Assembly (NCBI GenBank): GCA_016933575.1
Contig: JAFGAR010000032.1
Location: 1-25,209 of the forward strand
Reading direction: 5' to 3'
DNA from: Candidatus Thorarchaeota archaeon
GTDB taxonomy: Archaea; Asgardarchaeota; Thorarchaeia; Thorarchaeales; Thorarchaeaceae
Length of the DNA: 25,209 bases
Shown here: positions 18,739 through 25,209 of the stretch, piece after piece
Position numbering within the stretch: the stretch's first letter is position 1
Layout of the letters: the number at the start of each line of letters is the position of its first letter
Translations under genes and position numbers: made by a program
The notes under the pieces: generated by a model
Seen by the model: the letters and a program-made list of their open reading frames with translations, nothing else
Databases searched by the model: none
Told to the model about the DNA's origin: nothing

Positions 18739-18963
18739 GGCCGTCGAGGAGTTCGCTCACGACAAGTGTACTCAGTCGATTCATGTTGAGTAACGCCACA
18801 GAGATGGTCTTTAGGTGGCGAAGCGACTAACACAGCATGACGAACTGACCATCCGCGAACAAGACTGAGCAGTAGACATCGATCAATAGGTGTTTATTGC
18901 GACTAAGATAGTCTTGTGAGTCGAGTAGGTATTGGACATTGTCGAGGCTTAGACTCGACGGCC
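18739..18963 (+). ncRNA. Putative structured non-coding RNA (225 nt), family not recognised
   Basis: Perfect terminal stem ggccgtcgag/ctcgacggcc, multiple internal helices with G-U pairs, promoter upstream, T-rich tract (ttcttgtgtttt) immediately downstream, no ORF in the track. Confidence 0.7.
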
Positions 18964-19015
18964 TTCTTGTGTTTTGGATACTATTCTATTTCAACTACCA
19001 GAAAATCACCATTCC

Positions 19016-19228
19016 TCAGAGCGATTGAGTTATTGACTCCTTCAAATAACTTCTAACATCTTCAATAGTGATGCCTCGTTGTTTAACTGCTAGTTTTTCT
19101 AATGGATAGACCATTCCACAAGTGGTACACTCTAAGGCAACATAATACGCTTTTAATCCACGATTATCAATCTCATGGAGTTTAATCTTCCAATCTTCAG
19201 ATTCGCACTCTTCGCATATGATTTTCAT
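19016..19228 (-). CDS. Small Zn-finger protein (CxxC...CxxC)
   Basis: MKIICEECES...LECTTCGMVYP. ATG at 19228 preferred; the ORF track starts at 19261. Confidence 0.7.
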   Translation of the reverse strand: MKIICEECESEDWKIKLHEIDNRGLKAYYVALECTTCGMVYPLEKLAVKQRGITIEDVRSYLKESITQSL

Positions 19229-19298
19229 GAGCTGACTAAGAATTGAGGATACATAAATCATTCCGACATGCGTTCATTTGATTAACTAATAAGTTAGT

Positions 19299-19433
19299 CA
19301 GAACACTATTGCAGAAAGAATTGTGAAACGAGAAGATTGTGGAATCGAAGATGCAAGATGGAATTTGTATCACAAACATCCTGCAATCAGACGAGGACTC
19401 GCGAAATATGGTAGGAATAAAATCTGCTATATT
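19299..19433 (+). pseudogene. Internal fragment of a paralog of the QueG-like gene at 23874-24845
   Basis: Translates as QNTIAERIVKREDCGIEDARWNLYHKHPAIRRGLAKYGRNKICYI versus QSTIARRIVKREDCRIEDVRHNIYLKHLAVRSGLAKYGRNNICYV (24204-24338). No start codon; in-frame TAA just upstream. Confidence 0.85.
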
Positions 19434-19464
19434 ATTCCTTTCTTATACTTTAAGAATGAACCTT

Positions 19465-19896
19465 TTAGACGAGTACACTAATTACAGGAATTTTCGATCT
19501 TTCTACGACCTGATGAGTAATGCTTTTCGAAATCAGTCCTCTCAGACCTGTCTTTCGTCGTTTTAGCATGAAGATGATCGCATACCCATTAGATACAGAT
19601 TCTTCTATGATAGCAGAAGATATAGATCTTGCAACAGCTGTCTTGACCTCAACAGAATATCCTTGCTGTTCAAGAGAAGCTGCTATGGGTTTTACAATCT
19701 TTTCGAAATCCTCCAGAATTCCATTCAGGTCATCTGGGTCGAGGGAGGAAGTCACTGGTGCTTCAACAACATGAAATAGTGTTACTCTGGGAAAGCTGAA
19801 TTTCAAAAGAGGGAGAATGGATGAAACAAAGTGAGAGAATTGAATGTCCTTCGAGAGTGGTATTAGAACTCCATCGGTTGTTTGTTTACTGGCCAT
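19465..19896 (-). CDS. Universal stress protein (USP) domain protein
   Basis: VLIPL, VTLFHVV, AIIEE, SKSITHQVVERSKIPVISV. GAGGGTG SD-like sequence 6 nt upstream of ATG 19896. Confidence 0.8.
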   Translation of the reverse strand: MASKQTTDGVLIPLSKDIQFSHFVSSILPLLKFSFPRVTLFHVVEAPVTSSLDPDDLNGILEDFEKIVKPIAASLEQQGYSVEVKTAVARSISSAIIEESVSNGYAIIFMLKRRKTGLRGLISKSITHQVVERSKIPVISVLV

Positions 19897-19911
19897 GCTC
19901 GACACCCTCAA

Positions 19912-20172
19912 TTAATCTTCAGGTATGCTTCCGTCCTTCTTATGGATATAGGTTATGACGCTAGATACCGTACTTCGAATACCATCGATTCCGAGAATCT
20001 GGTCCTTCAGAACTTCTCTGAAACCTAAGACATCGGGTACATCTAGTACAACAACAATGTCAGATTCACCAGTTACTTCATAGACATCTTCGATACAGTC
20101 AATTTCTGTCAATTTCTTTGTTACTTTAGTTAAGTCCTTAGACTCAACAAATATGTTTAGGATTACTTTCAT
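19912..20172 (-). CDS. Stand-alone Lrp/AsnC ligand-binding (RAM) domain protein
   Basis: 86 aa; VYEVTGESDIVV, IDGIRSTVSSV; no HTH domain. Confidence 0.88.
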   Translation of the reverse strand: MKVILNIFVESKDLTKVTKKLTEIDCIEDVYEVTGESDIVVVLDVPDVLGFREVLKDQILGIDGIRSTVSSVITYIHKKDGSIPED

Positions 20173-22091
20173 TTACTAATTGTCCTCCTTAGTACCATTA
20201 GCTTTCCAGGAGCAGAATGAGAAATGACTGTGCTTAGATTGTCCCTCTCAAATGCTCGCTTCTTGGAAACCTTTCTTCTTACAAGTATTGCAAAATCTAC
20301 ATCAGATGAAGTCACTATATCTTTTACAGTCTTTTCAAGTGGACCAATTACCACGTTGACCTTTGTTTCAAATCCATATCTTTCAAGCTCTTTTGCCATT
20401 GGCCTAAGATCTTCGAGAATAGATTCTTTGTACTCGATAGCCGCACTTAATGGCATATCCCATTGATCAGTAACAACCATACTCTGAAGTGTTAAACGCA
20501 TACTCGTATCTATGCTCTCAGCTATGGAAACAACGATAGATTCTCGTTCTTCAGGCCTTACGAAGACTACTGCATTTATCTTGTAAGCAGCTGGTTTAAT
20601 TGTCTGCCCAATCTCTTTTGAGAAAAATGGAAGTCCTCTTTTTCGTCTATAGACAAAATAGACAAGCATCCCAACACTTGTCCAAGTCAAGCCCAAGAGC
20701 CGTCCCATTGGGTGAAATAGGACCACTAGCAACCAAATCGAGAAACAGGCAACTATACCTATTAGATTCGGTATGGGAATTATGTATTTCTTACCATGAT
20801 ATCCAATTTTCAAGTTAAAGGGAACTTTCCAAGACCTATGTGTTTCACGATCTGTCTGGCGTAAAATGATGAGTGAAATGTTCACAAGAAGATAAGACAA
20901 TAGAGCTCCAAAGTTATAGAGATCAGCAACCCAATCAAGTTGCCCTATTAATGCCATTAAAGCTCCAATTGAACCAAAGACAAGAATTGTACGGACAGGT
21001 GTTCGGGTTTTTGGATTGACTTTTGAAAACCATTTGGGAAGTAGACCAAAATGGCTCATTGAAAATACGACACGGGAAACCCCAATGATACCCGTATTGG
21101 AAGATACGAGGCATATGGCAAACCCAGTAAAAGCAACGATAGGAACCATATAGAGACCAATGGTACCTATCGAACTTGCAAGTGCTGAGATAGGCGCATC
21201 AAGACTTGCTCCTAAGAATTCCCAAGTGATTATTCCAAGACTTATGAAGGCGAGACCTACAGCAAAGACAAGGACTGCAATTACAGAGAGTTTCGTAGCC
21301 CGAGGGATTGTACGATCAGGTCTCTTTGTTTCTTCTGCTGCTTGTGCAATTGATTCAATACCAATGAACGAACTCATCGCCAATGTAACTGCATAGAGAA
21401 AATTCTGACTACTGGGGTTACCCCCCCATAAATAGGATATGTGTGGAAATGTTTCTGGAGACCCAACTACTTGGATTTGTATCTGAAATAGCTGAAGATT
21501 GAATGAGAACAATAGTCCTATGATCATTATAGAAGACAAAACAAAAAGATTGAGAGCCACCATTGTCATATTGAGGTTGGAAGATTCTTTGATGCCAATA
21601 GTATTGATAGCCATGAGAAAAATTACCAAGAGAAAGGACACTACACCAGTCATACTAAAAGATAGAACCACGCCCAGAACAGTAAGAGTCAGAGTTGTTG
21701 TTGCTAACCAAGGTAGAAAGAATGAGAGATATCCAGTCGTTGCTATGGAAAAAAGTGCTGTACACACAGTATAATCAAGCATTACCAACCATCCGGCGGT
21801 AAAGCCTGCAAAGTCATTAATTGCCTTCATCGAATAGACTTGAGCTCCACCTGCATAGGGATAGGCAGTTGCCAGCTCTGCATAGGCAAGACCAGTTGCA
21901 ATATATGTGACTGCGGCAATGAGAAAAGCAAAAGGAGCCCAACCAGCTGCATAGGCTGCTACAAGACCGAGAGCTACGTAGATGTCCGCACCTACATCAG
22001 CATAACCCATTGAGAAAGAGCCAAACCAACCTATATCTCGTTTTAAGGAAACCCGTATTTCCGGGACAGCTGCTTCCTTTTGCTGGGTCAC
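20169..22091 (-). CDS. APC-family amino acid permease with a C-terminal USP-like domain
   Basis: LKRDIG, GADIY, YAELATAYPYAGG, FIGIESI, AEETKRP, SRVVFSMS, about 12 TM helices; soluble C-terminal alpha/beta domain of about 140 aa. ATGA overlap with the RAM gene. Confidence 0.9.
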   Translation of the reverse strand: MTQQKEAAVPEIRVSLKRDIGWFGSFSMGYADVGADIYVALGLVAAYAAGWAPFAFLIAAVTYIATGLAYAELATAYPYAGGAQVYSMKAINDFAGFTAGWLVMLDYTVCTALFSIATTGYLSFFLPWLATTTLTLTVLGVVLSFSMTGVVSFLLVIFLMAINTIGIKESSNLNMTMVALNLFVLSSIMIIGLLFSFNLQLFQIQIQVVGSPETFPHISYLWGGNPSSQNFLYAVTLAMSSFIGIESIAQAAEETKRPDRTIPRATKLSVIAVLVFAVGLAFISLGIITWEFLGASLDAPISALASSIGTIGLYMVPIVAFTGFAICLVSSNTGIIGVSRVVFSMSHFGLLPKWFSKVNPKTRTPVRTILVFGSIGALMALIGQLDWVADLYNFGALLSYLLVNISLIILRQTDRETHRSWKVPFNLKIGYHGKKYIIPIPNLIGIVACFSIWLLVVLFHPMGRLLGLTWTSVGMLVYFVYRRKRGLPFFSKEIGQTIKPAAYKINAVVFVRPEERESIVVSIAESIDTSMRLTLQSMVVTDQWDMPLSAAIEYKESILEDLRPMAKELERYGFETKVNVVIGPLEKTVKDIVTSSDVDFAILVRRKVSKKRAFERDNLSTVISHSAPGKLMVLRRTISK

Positions 22092-22255
22092 GGGATATCA
22101 CATCCATTAGAGCAACAGAATATCATAAATTCGGTTACAAATCGGGCTTTCTTCAGCTTTTTAAGGATAATCTTTGAACGAATATTATTGGCACATTATC
22201 ATGGACAGAAACGGATATACGGAGTTTCTGTAAAAATAAAAAGACAGAGAGATTT

Positions 22256-23041
22256 TCATATCCTTTCAAATTGGGCTCTCACGGTAGCACCACAATAGCC
22301 GCACTTTGCTTCAAGCGGCCCGACCCAATCGATTTCTTCTGGGGAAAGAGGAGCACCACATTTAGGACATTCAGTTGGGATCCGCACCATTCGTAAGCCA
22401 TCATCTTCGTCTGTTCTACGTTGGTACTTCTCCGGGATTGCCTTTGGAGGTGCTTGAACGACTTGGATCTTTGGTTCCGGCCGCGGTTCTTTCGGAGTCT
22501 TTCTCACAAGAATTGCGCGTAGAAGTATCGCGAGCACTAGAATACTGATTATCAGCAGTATCGGAAACAGAGGTGTTGGAGGTATTACTGCCCATGAATG
22601 GAAGTGTGCATCGTCGTAGACACCAATGCTAAAAATACCTGCAGTGTCACCATTCAATGAATTCTCATGGACAAGAATGTAGACAGTGGTATTATCTGAT
22701 ACAATAGTGAAATTAACCTCAGGAAAGTTACCATAACCAGTTCCACTCACAGCAATGATGTTGGTCATATTGATATCAGATGCGATAGTGATATTCACTT
22801 CTAATAGACTGCTACCACTCTTTGGTTCAATCATAACTGTCCAATGGCCGGCATTAAGAGATACATTGTATGTCTTAGGTGAATACATATCGTATGGGGC
22901 TTCACGGTTCAGTAATACTTGATCTTCTAGGATTTGATTCGGAGTCAATTCAGTCAGGCTTGAAGTAAGCGGAAATAGAAGAAATAAGAAAAGCGCAAAC
23001 AATGTAATAGCTTGAATCGATCTGCATTTCTTCATTTTCAT
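22256..23041 (-). CDS. Single-pass membrane protein: signal sequence, extracellular beta-rich domain, TM helix, cytoplasmic zinc ribbon
   Basis: MKMKKCRS...LFALFLFLLFP signal; several N-x-S/T sequons; TM LFPILLIISILVLAILL; CPKCG...IDWVGP...CGYCG. ATG at 23041 preferred. Confidence 0.8.
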   Translation of the reverse strand: MKMKKCRSIQAITLFALFLFLLFPLTSSLTELTPNQILEDQVLLNREAPYDMYSPKTYNVSLNAGHWTVMIEPKSGSSLLEVNITIASDINMTNIIAVSGTGYGNFPEVNFTIVSDNTTVYILVHENSLNGDTAGIFSIGVYDDAHFHSWAVIPPTPLFPILLIISILVLAILLRAILVRKTPKEPRPEPKIQVVQAPPKAIPEKYQRRTDEDDGLRMVRIPTECPKCGAPLSPEEIDWVGPLEAKCGYCGATVRAQFERI

Positions 23042-23230
23042 CGAGCCTAGTTCTTGTCTAATACTGGGTCTATTTAGTTGTTTTGTGCTAAACGACACAC
23101 AGTATATTGATACGTTATGAAAAGATTGGTCACGAAAATTGTCAGTGTAATCGAATAGGTGCAAATGATCATCATCTACTACATATGTCTGATTCCTCTG
23201 ACCAGATTTGTTGGCATTCCTTCATGCTTA

Positions 23231-23520
23231 TTAGGCATGCAGATTTCTGACCTTAATTTTTGGAAAGATTGTGTCAATAATTATTTTCTTGCCTAGATTG
23301 TGTGCGATTAAATCTGGCTCAATGTATTGTATCTCATTAAATGTTCTGTATCCTAGTAGGATTTTCACCATATAGTTTTCCGGAATTATGATATCAGCGC
23401 CTGCAAGGGATTCTCTAGTGATCAATTTATCAATTTTGAGAACTTTGCCATTCTGAAAATGTATTGTAGTTCCATGACGATAGAAACTGATCTTCAGCTC
23501 TCCTGAGAAATTGGCAATAT
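23231..23520 (-). pseudogene. 5'-truncated C-terminal remnant of an Eis-like GNAT acetyltransferase (SCP2-like terminal domain)
   Basis: The frame extends upstream of the listed TTG: IANFSGELKISFYRHGTTIHFQNGKVLKI...ADIIIP...ILLGYRTFNEI...PD...IFPK. No upstream ATG; in-frame stop near 23612. Confidence 0.55.
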
Positions 23521-23873
23521 GATCATTTTTTGACCCTTCAATATGGTGATGACTCGCAGAAGGTGTCTGAGCTTGCAGCTCTCGGAAAATACACTGAAGC
23601 CTCGTGTGTCTTTATCTTCCAATCCTCAGATTCGCATTCTTCACAGGTAATTTTTATAACCTAGAGAAGAATTGAAGACACATAAATCATGATGCTAAGT
23701 TCTCATTTGACTACTTGAAGAGTTAGCGTGATATCTAACATCATGCACTGGGCGTATCTAATCAAAGATTGATTCCTTACAAATATATTCGTCTTTCCTT
23801 ACTAGGGAAATACACCACGAACAAAACTGCGTTGTTATCAAATTTAAAAACAGGAAAATCACTGGACTTTGGC

Positions 23874-24845
23874 ATGGTAGACATCTCGAATGGAACTGAC
23901 CAAGATCTTCTACCCGAATCACGTTTCCAGTATAGAACAGTTCGAGTTGAGCATTTACAGGATATGCAGAACTATATCGATGAACTTCGGAAAAATGGAT
24001 TCTTTAGCGAAAACAAAGTCTTTAGAAGTTATGTAGACAAGCTTGCTTTCAGACTACCTGAGAATTTCCCAGAAGCAAAGTACATCATTGTTATTGCTGT
24101 TCACAGCCCACTAGCTAGAGCAAATCTAAGGTATCATGGTGAAACCCATTCAGTCTTTATTCCTCCTAATTATTATGAGTTTGATTTTACGATAAAACAA
24201 CTTCAAAGTACCATTGCAAGAAGAATTGTAAAACGAGAAGATTGTAGAATCGAAGATGTTAGACACAATATATATCTCAAGCATCTTGCAGTCAGAAGCG
24301 GTCTAGCAAAATATGGTAGGAATAACATCTGTTATGTAGATGGTATGGGAAGTATGCTGTCACTCTTTGCATTTTTCACTGATCATGTCTTTGAAGAAGA
24401 TCACTGGACAGATATCCAAATGATGGACTCCTGTGAGAAATGCAGAATCTGTATGAATGAGTGCCCAACAGGTGCAATTCCAAACGAGAGATTTGTGATT
24501 AATGTTGAGAAGTGCTTATCATTGTACAATGAAGTCGCGGGAGAAATCCCCAATTGGATTCCTGAGTGGGCACATACCTCGTTAATGGGTTGTATGCACT
24601 GCCAGTTTGCATGCCCTGCTAATAGAGAGATAATTGCAGCTGCAGTTGATTTCGATGAAGTAACAGAGGATGAAACCGTTGCTTTACTTAACGAACACTT
24701 CAATGAAGATATGACACGAGTACTAAGTGAAAAACTAAAGGTTGTGAAACCAGAACAAGCTGAAACATATCTCCCTGTATTTGCGAGAAATTTGAGAGCG
24801 TGTTTTTCTAGTCTTTTCAAGAAAAACATGGAAATGTCCATCTGA
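23874..24845 (+). CDS. QueG/reductive-dehalogenase-like protein with two 4Fe-4S clusters
   Basis: LKHLAVRSGLAKYGRNN, CEKCRICMNECPTGAI, KCLS, GCMHCQFACPAN. TTTAAAAA at 23843-23850 suggests a leaderless start at ATG 23874. Confidence 0.8.
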   Translation: MVDISNGTDQDLLPESRFQYRTVRVEHLQDMQNYIDELRKNGFFSENKVFRSYVDKLAFRLPENFPEAKYIIVIAVHSPLARANLRYHGETHSVFIPPNYYEFDFTIKQLQSTIARRIVKREDCRIEDVRHNIYLKHLAVRSGLAKYGRNNICYVDGMGSMLSLFAFFTDHVFEEDHWTDIQMMDSCEKCRICMNECPTGAIPNERFVINVEKCLSLYNEVAGEIPNWIPEWAHTSLMGCMHCQFACPANREIIAAAVDFDEVTEDETVALLNEHFNEDMTRVLSEKLKVVKPEQAETYLPVFARNLRACFSSLFKKNMEMSI

Positions 24846-25178
24846 AAAGATGGTTGGATTCTTTGTGAAATATGGAATTAATTAGGATATTGAAAGACCA
24901 TCAGGAAGAAAAGTAGATACAAGATCCTTTGAAAAAGAATCTGTTTCTAAATGAAAATGGATCCATGATGGCTAGAAACCCGAGTATCTAATAGCATGAT
25001 ATATGAACCCAGTAAAACAAGTTTCCAAGAAGATATTCTAACCAATGTAATAAACGATACAGTGCTAGCCATTATAGGTTATAGATTCAAAGAGATAGAA
25101 TAATTGTACAAAACCAGATACTTGGTTTGATAGTAAACAATATACGGGGGATGAGTGGCACACCGCACAGGGGTAAAT

Positions 25179-25209
25179 ATGAAACTCGATATCACTCCAC
25201 GTGCAGCAA
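25179..25209 (+). CDS. Possible 5' start of a gene running off the window (MKLDITPRAA...)
   Basis: ATG preceded by aggggt; only 10 codons visible. Confidence 0.3.
   Translation, partial: MKLDITPRAA

Noticed and set aside
18851-18917. Group I intron core (atccgc, aagact, aagatagtc resemble the Q, R and S elements)
   Set aside because: No matching P element or P4-P6 domain, no bulged G-binding site in the P7-like helix, and no interrupted host gene. The element has its own promoter and closed ends.
18739-18963. RNase P RNA identity for the structured RNA (gaggagttcgctcac near the 5' end and gaca...ggcttag near the 3' end resemble CR-I and CR-V)
   Set aside because: The CR-I-like text overlaps the terminal stem with no room for P2/P3, there is no ACAGAA, and the two segments do not form a P4 helix. 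Not supportable by eye, though cmscan should still be run.
19339-19566. 75-aa plus-strand ORF
   Set aside because: Out of frame with the QueG-like fragment and overlapping the 3' end of the USP gene; no motif.
24846-25150. Short ORF MIYEPSKTSFQEDILTNVINDTVLAIIGYRFKEIE and surrounding AT-rich sequence
   Set aside because: 35 aa with no recognisable similarity or clear initiation signal; cannot be supported.
1-25209. CRISPR array, tRNA, rRNA, transposase or integrase
   Set aside because: No regularly spaced repeats, cloverleaf or rRNA signatures, or recombinase motifs were seen on reading.

Overview
Gene-dense archaeal window. The lineage is inferred to be Asgard (Thorarchaeia-like) from BRE/TATA promoters, ATGA-coupled operons, an archaeal-type long HisG and membrane or coiled-coil proteins ending in zinc ribbons. 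In order it holds: a partial membrane-anchored SCP2-domain gene, a TauE/SafE exporter, a small membrane protein, a tightly coupled hisG-D-C-B-H-A-F-I operon (no hisE), a coiled-coil/zinc-ribbon protein, an ArsB/NhaD permease, a VOC protein, a tandem GNAT, a P2A Ca2+-ATPase, a GNAT-OB(SSB) fusion, a PD-(D/E)XK-like protein, a small Zn finger, an APC permease-RAM-USP operon, a zinc-ribbon membrane protein, two gene fragments and a QueG/RdhA-like Fe-S protein. Two non-coding elements stand out. (1) A 225-nt putative structured RNA gene (18739-18963) has a perfect 10-bp terminal stem, its own TATA/BRE and candidate pseudoknots, and lies divergent from the nuclease-fold gene. (2) A ~200-nt his-operon leader (2097-2318) is bounded by a 15-nt direct repeat and has mutually exclusive folds that could expose or hide the hisG ribosome-binding site, plus a minimal AUG-ACG-UGA uORF. 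All structures were read by eye; no folding or database search was run.
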